In this document: one piece after another, positions 27,804 to 37,729 of the stretch | How the letters are laid out: each line of letters starts with the position of its first letter | How positions within the stretch are numbered: position 1 is the stretch's first letter | Assembly (NCBI GenBank): GCA_965205015.1 | Contig: OZ242029.1 | Span: forward strand, 4,000,001-4,064,000 | Length of the DNA stretch: 64,000 bases | Direction: 5' to 3' | DNA from: Candidatus Poribacteria bacterium | GTDB lineage: Bacteria; Poribacteria; WGA-4E; WGA-3G | Translations under genes and position numbers: made by a program | The notes under the pieces: generated by a model | Told to the model about the DNA's origin: nothing | Databases searched by the model: none | What the model saw: the letters and a program-made list of their open reading frames with translations, nothing else

Positions 27804-29438
27804 GTGAAAGGCGGAGATATCATCATTGAGTGTTTGAAAGCACAAGGTGTTTCAGCGGTTTTCGGAATGCCCGGCACCCAAAACATCCAAATCTACGATG
27901 CACTATTGCGACGCGGCGAAGGCACAATCGATCACTACCTCGTCCGACATGAATATGCGGCGACACAGATGGCAGACGGGTTTGCGCGCGCAACAGGTGA
28001 ACCCGGTGTCGCTATCACTGTACCGGGACCGGGTGCCAGTAATGCATCCACAGGGATTTTAGAGGCGTTTACTGACTGTGCGCCTGTCCTGCTGATTACG
28101 GGGCAGAGCGATTCCAGCCTCTACAGCAAACATCCGAGCAAGATGTTCCACGGTTTGGATCAGATGCGGTTTTTCGAGTCGATTACCAAATACTGTGCTA
28201 TCGCACACACCGTCGCTGAGATTCCTGTCGTCATTGAAAACGCCTTTAAAGCGATGCGCAGTGGGAGACCGGGACCCACCATGCTGGAATTCCCGATGGA
28301 TGTCGTCACTGGCGAAGGAGATGTCCGAATTCCGCCGCGGGTCGAGCGTGCTGAATTATCGCCTCCTGACGACGCCTCTCTGAGTACCGCAGTCGAAACC
28401 ATCCGCAACGCTAAGATGCCCCTGATTTTCGCCGGTTCCGCTGTCTTTCATTCAAACGCCCGAAACGAGTTACGGCTCCTCGCCGAAAAACTGAACGCAC
28501 CCGTCATTGTCACCCGTAATGCAAAAGGCGTTTTGTCGGAGGACCATCCGTTGGCACTCCAAATTTGTTACGGTTACCTCGGACGTGAGGCACTCCAACG
28601 TACGGATTGTTTAATCGGGATCGGACCTCGTTTTACCTCCATCGATACCCGAAATTGGAGTCTGGAACTCCCGCAACCCTTCATCCAAATAGACGAAGAC
28701 GCCGATGAGATTGGGCTTGAATACCCGTGCGATATAGGTGTGGTGGGTGATCTGAAACTGACGTTGCAGGCACTCATTGAGGACGTTGTTCCCGGTGAAA
28801 ACGCGTGGGATGAGATACTCGCACAACTCCGACCGGCATTCGACGCACAGCCGCCGTTGCCGGTCATTCATGAACTACAGGACGTGCTACCACGAGATAC
28901 CATCTACGCCATTGATGTCCATGCGCTCGGTTACGCCTCTTTCGCCGAGTTTCCAATCTACGATCCGAGGACCTTCCTCTACCCGAATATCGGTGTCGCA
29001 TTAGGACATGCGTATCCTGCGGCTATCGGCGCGAAGGTCGCGCATCCCGATCGACCTGTCATCTGTTTCAGTGGTGACGGCGGGTTCCTGATGGGAGCCG
29101 TGGAAATGGCGACCGCCATGAAATACGGTATCAACGTCGTTGCGATTGTGGTGAACGATGGGGCTTTGTCAGCGATCAAGGGGTCTCAACAGAAAGGGTG
29201 TGAAGGACGCACGATCGACACGGATCTGCTGAATCCGAATTTTGTCGAATTCGCACAATCCTTCGGGGCGTATGCCAAGCGGGTCGAGAATTTGGGAGAT
29301 TTCAAAGACACTTTACGGGACGCGCTCGCTGCCGAAAAACCGGCACTCATTGAAGTGATGCTACAGGAACGGCAGGACGACATTGTCAACGTCATCGGAT
29401 GGTTGATGTCCGAACCGCTCCGAACATCTGCTTTTTAA
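27804..29438 (+). CDS. Thiamine-pyrophosphate-binding enzyme, acetolactate synthase large-subunit family
   Basis: VFGMPG, RHE, GPGASN, GDGGFLM...N ThDP motif. Confidence 0.9.
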   Translation: MKGGDIIIECLKAQGVSAVFGMPGTQNIQIYDALLRRGEGTIDHYLVRHEYAATQMADGFARATGEPGVAITVPGPGASNASTGILEAFTDCAPVLLITGQSDSSLYSKHPSKMFHGLDQMRFFESITKYCAIAHTVAEIPVVIENAFKAMRSGRPGPTMLEFPMDVVTGEGDVRIPPRVERAELSPPDDASLSTAVETIRNAKMPLIFAGSAVFHSNARNELRLLAEKLNAPVIVTRNAKGVLSEDHPLALQICYGYLGREALQRTDCLIGIGPRFTSIDTRNWSLELPQPFIQIDEDADEIGLEYPCDIGVVGDLKLTLQALIEDVVPGENAWDEILAQLRPAFDAQPPLPVIHELQDVLPRDTIYAIDVHALGYASFAEFPIYDPRTFLYPNIGVALGHAYPAAIGAKVAHPDRPVICFSGDGGFLMGAVEMATAMKYGINVVAIVVNDGALSAIKGSQQKGCEGRTIDTDLLNPNFVEFAQSFGAYAKRVENLGDFKDTLRDALAAEKPALIEVMLQERQDDIVNVIGWLMSEPLRTSAF

Positions 29439-29468
29439 CGCGATGCTTGGCAATACACCGGTGTGTTT

Positions 29469-30305
29469 TTAATACTCGCCGCGTGCGTTCCAACCGGGAT
29501 ACTGTTCTTCCAACGCCTGAAGCGTCTGCGGTGTGTAGTATGGATGTCCTGCGGGTGGGAACCGAAAGACTTCACGCTCTGCGGCTGTCAGCGTGCCGAT
29601 GAATTTCGAGAATATCGGATTCCGACCTTTGTCTGTGTAGTGTCGAAAGCCTTCCCAATAGTGGTCTGCCCGTCCTAAACCGAATCCCCACGTGAAGCGT
29701 TGTCCATCTTCCCGTAGATAATCGCTTGCTGAATGCAGTGTATAGTTGTTAAAGATACAGACGGTTCCGCCTTTACAAACAAGGGGTTCGTATTGAGAGG
29801 TATCCCGTCCGTGTTCCTTCGCAAGGAGTCTCAGCGGTGCTTGGTCTGCGTCAACATCCTCAAGGTGTACCCAAAAACCGATTTGCCCGAATTCACGAGC
29901 ACTCTCGGACTGGGGTAGCAGTGAGTTATTGCCGTTATCGATGTGTAAATTACTTGGATCGCTATCGACACCGGGACCTTTAAATCCGGGATAGCGTGCA
30001 ATCATACAGCCAGCACGGTAGTGAATCTGCTCCGTTTTCAGGAATTTACGTGCGAATTCCCATGCGTCGTGGTCCACGATCGCACGTAATAACGCCATTT
30101 CAGCGGGCGGGAATTCGGTCAAAGTTGCTCGACCGGGGGGTGGGTCCCCCTTAACTTCTTCCCATGTCGGGAGTACCCGGCGTTGGGCAGCTTGCATCTC
30201 GGCAAGTTGTTCACCTGAATAGTAATCGGGGACAATTAAGTAACCTTTCGCTAAGAGTTCGTCCAGTTGGGCATCGGTAAATTTCTTAGGCATATCAACC
30301 TCCAT
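29469..30305 (-). CDS. Phytanoyl-CoA dioxygenase (PhyH) family Fe(II)/2-oxoglutarate oxygenase
   Basis: GYLIVPD start, HxD (HID) and distal H (LHSA). Confidence 0.75.
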   Translation of the reverse strand: MEVDMPKKFTDAQLDELLAKGYLIVPDYYSGEQLAEMQAAQRRVLPTWEEVKGDPPPGRATLTEFPPAEMALLRAIVDHDAWEFARKFLKTEQIHYRAGCMIARYPGFKGPGVDSDPSNLHIDNGNNSLLPQSESAREFGQIGFWVHLEDVDADQAPLRLLAKEHGRDTSQYEPLVCKGGTVCIFNNYTLHSASDYLREDGQRFTWGFGLGRADHYWEGFRHYTDKGRNPIFSKFIGTLTAAEREVFRFPPAGHPYYTPQTLQALEEQYPGWNARGEY

Positions 30306-30405
30306 TGGAGAAGTAGCGTAAGTTTGGACAGGAGCGGATTAAAAATTTTTGCTGACGAACCTTACAACCAAAATGAGTGGCAAAGCCCGTCAGCAAAATT
30401 GAGAG

Positions 30406-30478
30406 CTCCCCCAGACGGACTCGAACCGCCGACACGATGGTTAACAGCCATCTGCTCTACCGACTGAGCTATGGGGGA
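30406..30478 (-). tRNA. tRNA-Asn (GTT), CCA not encoded
   Basis: Cloverleaf TCCCCCA/TGGGGGA acceptor, GCTC/GAGC D-arm, GATGG-CTGTTAA-CCATC anticodon arm, GGTTCGAGTCC T-arm. Confidence 0.97.
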
Positions 30479-30489
30479 TTATTAATGTA

Positions 30490-30616
30490 ATTATACACTA
30501 TTTCACCCGGGATTGCAAATTAAATTCAAATTTTTACCGGTTTTCTTGGAAAGAGTATTTTTGCTACAAATGAAATAGACTGATTTAATTATACGTCGTC
30601 TCATCCGAGATTGCAA
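30490..30616 (-). promoter_or_regulatory. Two tandem sigma70 promoters upstream of tRNA-Asn
   Basis: TTGCAA-N17-TATAAT at 30518-30490 and again at 30616-30588. Confidence 0.7.
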
Positions 30617-30636
30617 ATTGAATATTACGACGGCAT

Positions 30637-31026
30637 TTAACATCCACACACGATTTCCGTTCCTGAAACCCCTTGCGTGCCTTCCGTTTCATAGCCATCA
30701 CGTTTCCACCAATCTAAACCGCCCATCAATTCCTTAACCTGAAACCCCAATTTCGCCATATTTAGCGCACCTTTGGTAGAGGCATTGCAACCGATACCAT
30801 CGCAGTAGGTCACATACACCTTAGATGTATCGAGTTCATGTGTCGTCGCCTCAGACATGGTGCGATGCGGGATATTTATCGCTGTCGGAATGTGTTCACG
30901 CGCATACGCCTCTGGCGACCGCGCATCTATGACGACGATGGGGTCACCGTTATTGAGTGCTTCATAGAGATCCCAAGAATCCGTTTCGTAATTCAGTTTT
31001 GCTTGATAAAATTCAATGTGTCCCAT
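30637..31026 (-). CDS. Rhodanese-like domain protein
   Basis: VIDARS...HIPTAINIP, YCDGIGCNAS, ELMGGLDWW. Confidence 0.9.
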   Translation of the reverse strand: MGHIEFYQAKLNYETDSWDLYEALNNGDPIVVIDARSPEAYAREHIPTAINIPHRTMSEATTHELDTSKVYVTYCDGIGCNASTKGALNMAKLGFQVKELMGGLDWWKRDGYETEGTQGVSGTEIVCGC

Positions 31027-31032
31027 AACTGT

Positions 31033-31371
31033 TTAAACATGTCTCCTTTTTAGCAATCTTCGCAAATCCAACCGCCCTTGCAAAAAACCCCACAGAATAC
31101 CGACAACGAACCATACCCAGAAACCTATTAATCCAATTTGCAAAGCAGAACCGTAAACCTCCGCTGCCCTACCGCTGTAGCGTCCTTCTCTGGGCGGTCC
31201 CGAGTCGTAGAAATGATCGAGCATGTCACGCGGAATTCGCACATCCATGATGATATGAAAAAGATATGCTACAACGAAAGACCATACATAACCTACAACG
31301 TAACCCAGCAGAACTCTCAACAACAAAATTCCGACAAACCGAAGGCTGGCTTTGAACTTCTGTATAAACAT
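31033..31371 (-). CDS. Hypothetical two-TM membrane protein
   Basis: Two hydrophobic helices; contains the RBS of the rhodanese gene. Confidence 0.55.
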   Translation of the reverse strand: MFIQKFKASLRFVGILLLRVLLGYVVGYVWSFVVAYLFHIIMDVRIPRDMLDHFYDSGPPREGRYSGRAAEVYGSALQIGLIGFWVWFVVGILWGFLQGRLDLRRLLKRRHV

Positions 31372-31458
31372 AGTTTCTGCTTCCTTGGGAGTTGAAAAAG
31401 AATCATGTCTGGCATTAGGTATAGATTTTAATTTCTTCAGGTACGCGGCAAACCTTAA

Positions 31459-33432
31459 TTATTCCACAGAAAACACCGCAATTTCACCGGTGTTGATCCA
31501 CCTCGCAGCCACGCTTTTGCCCGGAATCACGACAGCTTTGTAGGCAAACGGCTCCGTCCCGAAATTTGCAAATATTTCGACTGCATCCCCAAACTCAGTG
31601 CGTTGGACCCGCCTGTTATCGCTCAGCCACTCAAAATCGGTCATCGTCTGACCGCCGATGTGTCGATGCAGCGGTGAAAAGAATGCATAGTGCCGTTGTA
31701 TCCACGCTTTATGCTTTGAAAACTCTGCCATATTCAGATGATATAACGGTGGAACATTGTAGAGCAACTCCAACAGTGCTAACGTCTCGATTGCATTCTC
31801 AAATTTGAGACTTCCAGAGAGCCAATGGTGGGTCGTCACCACCGAATCGTGGAACACAATCTGGTAAAGCGGGAGTCGGAAGTGCGGGGCAAAATAGCGA
31901 TACAGATAGTTCGGTTTGAGCGACACCTGTTTTATGTGAATCGCTGGAGCCTCGGGGGGCCAGTATCCGCCGATGTAGTAAGGCGAGGTCTTTTCCTTCA
32001 TATCTGGATCACCCCACCCGAGAACTGGGACCGTCATCCCGTGTGCGAAATGGAGCGTCGCCGCAGCATAGGCGGCACCACCTTCCGAACCGACAACCAT
32101 CTTATGCGTATCCCGAATCCATGCGATACGCGCAAGTCGCGCATTCATATCATCCAACTGCGTCGCGGGATGGGACGGAGAATAGTCGTCAAAGAGTTCG
32201 CCATATGCATCGCAATCGATGAACCACGAGTTGAAATCCGTTGGCATCTGTGCGACAATGCCGTTGACGCGATCTTCGACATAAGGTCGCGCCACAAGAG
32301 GACTTAAATGATACCCTTTCTTTTTAAACCCTTTATTTTTCGTGCCATCTGCGTTAACAATCGCCCCGGTTTCATAAAGCGACAGATCAAATTGTGCGGT
32401 CTCCCATGTATCCTTTTCGTTAGGATGATGGATACTATGATAGGAATCGTAGGGTCCGATCAGATACCCGAGTTCTCGCGCCTTCGCGACAGCCGTCGGA
32501 TGCCGAAACCCGTCCTGCCATGAATCGACACCGAGCCAGAGTCTGTCCAATCCGCTTTCAGCAAACCGCTCCAGGAGTTTCACAGACAGACCGTCGCCCC
32601 AGAGGTAGATATGTGCAGCACCGAGCAATTTTTCTGCCGCTGGAGTCTTTTCGATCTTTTCCGCAAATGAAACGAAATCACCGTTCCTGATTAGCCACTG
32701 CCGATATTGCTTCGCAGGTTCAACCGGCGATGCTGAACCGAGTGAAATACGCATACCATACGTTTTCCGTTCCCAATTCGGCGTGAAAGCGTGTGATACC
32801 CGCATGCCTAAGTCAGACGTTTCCGTCTCACGGAATAGTATTTGATTGTTGAACGGATTTGTGAGAATATAGGTAAGTGTTCTCTCACCGAGGTCGAGTC
32901 CCCAAAACGGCATAGAGAGACCCGCCGTTGTGTTTATGGGTCCCTGGTCGCACAAAAAGTCTCGCCATGTGATGTCATCTTTCGGTACATAACTCCCCTC
33001 AAAAAAAGGGAAAATATAGCCGTGGATGGATTCGGTGTTTTCAATGATGGGCCACGTAAAACGCTGCGTGTCGTTTGCCGGGTCATCTTGAATGAATTCA
33101 ATCGTTAGCGAGTTCTTGCTCGGTTCAACGTGAACGGTAAGAGAGTGTTCCGGCAGTTTCCAACTCACACCGGTGCCTTCATGAGAAAAATCCGTCACGA
33201 CACCCAATCCCGTCTGACCCAATGAAGCCCGAACCGTTATATCCGTATCTGCAGGATAGACGTTCATGGCAAGCGACTGCGGAAAGATTTCAACGTCCCA
33301 CACGGCGTTGCTGAAACGAATGCTGTCCCACACATCGTCGCTGAAACGAGTGCTTTTAGGTGTGTCACTCATACCGATAGAAGTCAGCAGAAACATCCCT
33401 ATGGATAGGAGGTAAAATTGCAATCTAAGCAA
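31459..33432 (-). CDS. Secreted glycoside hydrolase, GH129-like
   Basis: LLGAAHIYLWG, GYLIGPYDSYH, FIDCD, GSEGG, RLPLYQIVFHDSVVTTHHW. Confidence 0.7.
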   Translation of the reverse strand: MLRLQFYLLSIGMFLLTSIGMSDTPKSTRFSDDVWDSIRFSNAVWDVEIFPQSLAMNVYPADTDITVRASLGQTGLGVVTDFSHEGTGVSWKLPEHSLTVHVEPSKNSLTIEFIQDDPANDTQRFTWPIIENTESIHGYIFPFFEGSYVPKDDITWRDFLCDQGPINTTAGLSMPFWGLDLGERTLTYILTNPFNNQILFRETETSDLGMRVSHAFTPNWERKTYGMRISLGSASPVEPAKQYRQWLIRNGDFVSFAEKIEKTPAAEKLLGAAHIYLWGDGLSVKLLERFAESGLDRLWLGVDSWQDGFRHPTAVAKARELGYLIGPYDSYHSIHHPNEKDTWETAQFDLSLYETGAIVNADGTKNKGFKKKGYHLSPLVARPYVEDRVNGIVAQMPTDFNSWFIDCDAYGELFDDYSPSHPATQLDDMNARLARIAWIRDTHKMVVGSEGGAAYAAATLHFAHGMTVPVLGWGDPDMKEKTSPYYIGGYWPPEAPAIHIKQVSLKPNYLYRYFAPHFRLPLYQIVFHDSVVTTHHWLSGSLKFENAIETLALLELLYNVPPLYHLNMAEFSKHKAWIQRHYAFFSPLHRHIGGQTMTDFEWLSDNRRVQRTEFGDAVEIFANFGTEPFAYKAVVIPGKSVAARWINTGEIAVFSVE

Positions 33433-33438
33433 TGGCGT

Positions 33439-34197
33439 TTACCTTGACAATTCTTCCCACAACGCCCGATAGAAATTCATCACGCGCAAGGGATCGGAAC
33501 TTCCTGCGATCTCTGCCAAACAGTAACCTGAATAACCTGATTCCTTCAGCAACGTAAAGAGCTCTCGCCACGGATACTCGCGCCGGTGGAGTTCCGTGAT
33601 ATGCACCAATCCGATTCTGCCTCTCGCATAGTTGAAATTGTTCAGTATAGAGCCGTCTTCCACCTCTCCAAAGTTAGAATTCCAGCAGACATAGACATTC
33701 TCGTGGTCGGCAACATCAAGAATCGTGCGGATATGAGGGAGTTCAGAGGTGCCACCCCCGTGGACTTCTAACCGAATTTGCACACCAAGATTCGCGGCAA
33801 ATTCACCACACTCGCGTAGTGCCAACCCGATCTGTTCCAATGTCTTTTCGACGGGAACTTCGTTGGGAAGTCCATTCGGACGCACCTTCACGCCGGGGGC
33901 TCCGACATCCGCGGCAAGTTGAGAATACGCCTTTGTCCCCGCGATATTCCGACGAACCACGGCTTGATCGGTCGCATGATAGTCATACGCGGAACCCAAA
34001 CCGGCAATCTCGATTGGGGAGTCATCGAATTGTTGCTTTACCGCTGCCCGTTCGCTTGCGGAGAGGTCCACCTCAACCCCGTGGGCGTGCGTTGTCCGCA
34101 ATTCCACGCCTGAGAACCCTGTCTCTACGCAGTTTTCGATGATTGTTGGGACATCCCAATCTTTTGCCATATTATATGTAACTAAGCCAAGCTTCAT
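33439..34197 (-). CDS. Sugar phosphate isomerase/epimerase (xylose isomerase-like TIM barrel)
   Basis: GFSGVELR, RLEVH, VHI, LAE metal-ligand pattern. Confidence 0.85.
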   Translation of the reverse strand: MKLGLVTYNMAKDWDVPTIIENCVETGFSGVELRTTHAHGVEVDLSASERAAVKQQFDDSPIEIAGLGSAYDYHATDQAVVRRNIAGTKAYSQLAADVGAPGVKVRPNGLPNEVPVEKTLEQIGLALRECGEFAANLGVQIRLEVHGGGTSELPHIRTILDVADHENVYVCWNSNFGEVEDGSILNNFNYARGRIGLVHITELHRREYPWRELFTLLKESGYSGYCLAEIAGSSDPLRVMNFYRALWEELSR

Positions 34198-34206
34198 AAA
34201 ATCTCC

Positions 34207-34786
34207 TTATTCAAAAAGTTGTGCGACTTGACATGAAAAACCTTCAACGACACCTTCGCTAGTGAGTGTGTTGTTGCGTGTGAGCAATTTGATGTCTGTT
34301 TTAGAACGGTAGATCGTCACCGTTCTGGATAACGGCTCGATTACCCAGACAAGACGGGTTCCCGCGTCCAGATAGGCGAAAACCTTCTCAGAAACGTTAT
34401 ACTGCAAATCCATCGGTGCAATTATCTCAACCGCAAGATCAGGCGAGTGCGGAAATACATTACTCAGGTCATCTGGTATCTGGGCTAAGAAAACAAAAGC
34501 AATATCTGGTATTAGCACACAGCCACCGATCTTGAAACCTGTATAGGGCACATAGATGCGTCCCAATTGATTTGCCCGTACATGCTGAATGCTGACCTAA
34601 AGACAAACTGAGATTCATACTAATATTGCCGTGTTCCACTGGCGTAGGTGGTATTGGTACGAGTTTTCCTTCCATATATTCATATATTTCCAACTCGCTC
34701 TCGAGGAAATCGTCCATCGTCATATCAGTTTCCAACGGCGCGAGGGATATTGCCGCTTGTTCGGAACCGTTTTTCGGAATGTCCAT
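34207..34786 (-). pseudogene. Uma2-family (DUF820) endonuclease, frameshifted
   Basis: YEY.EGKL..P....HG in one frame and PDIAF...PDLAVEI...Y...G..LVWVI in another; 7-bp tandem duplication ATGCTGA at 34582-34595. Confidence 0.85.
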
Positions 34787-34885
34787 CAGAATGCCTCCTG
34801 TTTGGATGCCTACCATTTTCAATTGTATTATACCGAATTTTTTGCTACAATGTTCCTTAAATCAATACGTATGGAGAACACCACT

Positions 34886-35713
34886 ATGGCTTATGCACTT
34901 GAAGACGAATTCGGGGACATCATCGGCAAAGCCCGACGCGGGCAAGACTTGTCTCAAAGCCAAGTTGCCACTGCAACGGATATCACAGAGACAGAACTTT
35001 CTCGTATGGAACAGTATACCTTAAAACCGACAGAAACGCAAGTCCTTCGGCTCGCAGAAGTCCTAAATTTAGACGGCACGAAGTTGCTCGATATTGCGAC
35101 GGAACAGTGGGAGCCCGAACCGCCACAACAGATGAGCGATTCAGACCTTGAGGTTATCACAATCAGCGCACCGGTGGGAGGATGGCCCGTCAATGCCTAT
35201 CTCCTCATCTGCCAAGCGACCCATGCCGCTGCGATTATCGACACCGCCGCACATCCAGACCTCATCTTGGAAGGGTTAGATGCCCACAACGTGAATCCCA
35301 CAGCGATTCTTTTGACACATGCCCACAGCGACCACACCGATGGATTACCGAAGATCCAGACCGCTACAGGATGCGCAACTTATATCCATACGGACGAACC
35401 GAAACCGCGGAGCGAGACGAGATTACGCGAGGTGGCACACGGAGACACCCTCACCGTCGGTAAACTCACGGTAACCGTCGTCAATACACCCGGACATACC
35501 CCCGGCGGATGTAGTTTCATCGCAGAGAACGTGGCGTTTGTTGGTGATGCTATTTTCGCTGGCTCGGTCGGGGGTCCTAACATCTCACTTCAGGATGAAA
35601 TCGACAGCGTTCGAGATAATCTATTGTCCCTTCCAGACGCGGTTAGGCTCTTTCCAGGACACGGTCCCTCCACCACCGTGGGTGAAGAGAAATTACACAA
35701 CCCATTTTTCTAA
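34886..35713 (+). CDS. XRE-type HTH fused to glyoxalase-II-like metallo-beta-lactamase fold hydrolase
   Basis: N-terminal IGKARRGQDLSQSQVA...LSRME; THAHSDH, TPGHTPG, GD, PGHG; GGAG before ATG 34886. Confidence 0.85.
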   Translation: MAYALEDEFGDIIGKARRGQDLSQSQVATATDITETELSRMEQYTLKPTETQVLRLAEVLNLDGTKLLDIATEQWEPEPPQQMSDSDLEVITISAPVGGWPVNAYLLICQATHAAAIIDTAAHPDLILEGLDAHNVNPTAILLTHAHSDHTDGLPKIQTATGCATYIHTDEPKPRSETRLREVAHGDTLTVGKLTVTVVNTPGHTPGGCSFIAENVAFVGDAIFAGSVGGPNISLQDEIDSVRDNLLSLPDAVRLFPGHGPSTTVGEEKLHNPFF

Positions 35714-35738
35714 TTTTTGACTACGGCGGGTTCAACTC

Positions 35739-36761
35739 TTGCTCTCCTATCTCCTTCAACGCTTTCTTTCGATCGGTTTATCCCTGTTGGCGGTATCGCT
35801 CCTTGTGTTCCTGATGGTGCACCTCATCCCTGGCGATGCCGCTGTCGCTATTTTGGGGGAACGCGCGACCGAAAGGGCACTCACCGAACTCCGAGAACAG
35901 ATGGGACTTGATAAGCCTCTGTACCACCAATACGCCAAATTTCTCTGGGATGTCGCACACCTCGACTTCGGACGCTCCTTCAAAACAAAGCAACCCGTCA
36001 TCGAAGAAATCAAACGCTATTTCCCCGCAACGGCTGAATTGACCCTCGCCGCAATGGCATTTTCGATCCTGTTCGGCATCGCGGCAGGTATTATTGCGGC
36101 GATCTCGCGTGGAACGTTTTTAGACTATTTCTCCATGTCAATATCCCTCGCTGGCATCTCCATGCCAATCTTCTGGTTGGGATTGATGCTCATCTTGCTT
36201 TTCTCATATTTTCTACCTATCCTACCGAGCACAGGACGCCTGGATGTCGTCTTAGATTTAGATATCCAGTCGCGCACCGGTTTTTATCTCATTGACACCC
36301 TTCTTGCTGGAAACTTTGCCGCCTTTCGGAACGCCGTGGCACACCTCATTCTCCCGGCGATAACGTTAGGCACGATCCCATTAGCGATTATCGCTCGGAT
36401 GACCCGATCCAGCCTCCTCGAAGTGCTAAATCAACCCTACATTACGACCGCTTATGCGAAAGGTTTACCGCGCTGGAAAGTTATCAGTAAACACGCAATG
36501 AAAAACAGCATGGTGCCGGTTCTAACAATTATAGGTTTAGAATTCGGTTATCTATTAGGGGGCGCGATCTTAACCGAGCACATTTTTTCCTGGCCCGGAC
36601 TGGGTTCATGGTTACGTGCTGCCGTCGAGGCTCGCGACGTTCGCGCAGTGCAAGGCGGTGTGCTTTTCGTCGCTACGGTCTTTATGCTCGTCAATCTTAT
36701 CGTGGACCTGCTGTATGCATACTTTGACCCACGCATTCGCGTAGGAAACGAAGCCACATGA
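35739..36761 (+). CDS. dppB: Dipeptide/oligopeptide ABC permease
   Basis: IPGD, GLDKPL..QY, FPATAEL, SMPIFWLG, ARMTRSS, TAYAKGL, TEHIFSWPGLG. Confidence 0.9.
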   Translation: MLSYLLQRFLSIGLSLLAVSLLVFLMVHLIPGDAAVAILGERATERALTELREQMGLDKPLYHQYAKFLWDVAHLDFGRSFKTKQPVIEEIKRYFPATAELTLAAMAFSILFGIAAGIIAAISRGTFLDYFSMSISLAGISMPIFWLGLMLILLFSYFLPILPSTGRLDVVLDLDIQSRTGFYLIDTLLAGNFAAFRNAVAHLILPAITLGTIPLAIIARMTRSSLLEVLNQPYITTAYAKGLPRWKVISKHAMKNSMVPVLTIIGLEFGYLLGGAILTEHIFSWPGLGSWLRAAVEARDVRAVQGGVLFVATVFMLVNLIVDLLYAYFDPRIRVGNEAT

Positions 36762-37612
36762 ACAATCCAACAACCCCCACCAGTCAACAGTACGTCCTTC
36801 GGAAACTCTTAAGACACCGTTCCGCCACTATTGGGGCATCTATTATACTGTTCTTCATGATCCTCGCCATTTTCGCACCACTTATTGCAACACACGATCC
36901 GAGGCATGCCAACGTCGTTGAGCGTCTCAAAGGCTGGTCTGGCACACATTATCTCGGCACTGATGGCGTTGGACGTGACATCTTTAGTAGGGTTGTCTAT
37001 GGAACGCGTATATCTCTGAAGGTCGGACTGATCGCGATGTCATTTTCCATCGGGTTTGGGACCCTCTTTGGAGCAATCGCCGGATATTACGGTGGACGGC
37101 TCGACAATCTAATTATGCGCGTGATGGATATGATGCTTGCGATGCCGAGCATCCTTCTGGCGATGGTCATTGTCACTATTTTGGGACAGAGTCTCACAAA
37201 TGCTATTATAGCCGTCTCCATTGTCTATATTCCGCAATATGCCCGCATTTTGCGTGCCGCTGTCCTGAAAGTCCGAGAGTTAGATTATGTCGTCGCCGCG
37301 AAGGTAATCGGTGCCAGCAACGGGCGCATTCTTCTGACCACCGTTCTCCCGAACTGTATCGCACCGTTGATCGTCCAAGCGACTTTAGGGATCGGTGCCG
37401 CCATTTTAGATGCCGCAGGACTGAGTTTCCTCGGACTCGGTGCTGAGATTGGCGAGCCCGAGTGGGGAGCGATGCTCAATGAGAACCGCAAGTTTATCCG
37501 CCGTGCCCCCTTGGCTGTCACCGCTCCTGGCATTGCTATCTTCCTCATTGTCTTAGGGTTCAACCTTCTCGGGGACGCGCTCCGAGATGCCCTCGATCCT
37601 CAAATTGATTGA
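36758..37612 (+). CDS. dppC: Dipeptide/oligopeptide ABC permease
   Basis: LGTD..GRD.FSR..YG.R.SL, LSFLGLG, PEWG, FNLLGDALRDALDP. Confidence 0.9.
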   Translation: MNNPTTPTSQQYVLRKLLRHRSATIGASIILFFMILAIFAPLIATHDPRHANVVERLKGWSGTHYLGTDGVGRDIFSRVVYGTRISLKVGLIAMSFSIGFGTLFGAIAGYYGGRLDNLIMRVMDMMLAMPSILLAMVIVTILGQSLTNAIIAVSIVYIPQYARILRAAVLKVRELDYVVAAKVIGASNGRILLTTVLPNCIAPLIVQATLGIGAAILDAAGLSFLGLGAEIGEPEWGAMLNENRKFIRRAPLAVTAPGIAIFLIVLGFNLLGDALRDALDPQID

Positions 37613-37662
37613 GGTTGAACGATGTGGGCATGGGTGGACAAGCAGCAATCGTAAGATTTTTT

Positions 37663-37691
37663 TTGACACATCCTGCTTTTTGTGATATAAT
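37663..37691 (+). promoter_or_regulatory. Consensus sigma70 promoter upstream of the multicopper oxidase
   Basis: TTGACA-N17-TATAAT with extended -10 TG. Confidence 0.75.
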
Positions 37692-37729
37692 TCAATGCAA
37701 ATTTAACCCTGTGAGGTTTTTAGTATCTG

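Noticed and set aside
30406-30478. tRNA-Asn as integration site of a genomic island
   Set aside because: No integrase and no duplicated tRNA 3' end were found in the window
34631-34885. N-terminal extension of the MBL ORF
   Set aside because: It overlaps the opposite-strand Uma2 pseudogene; the RBS supports ATG 34886
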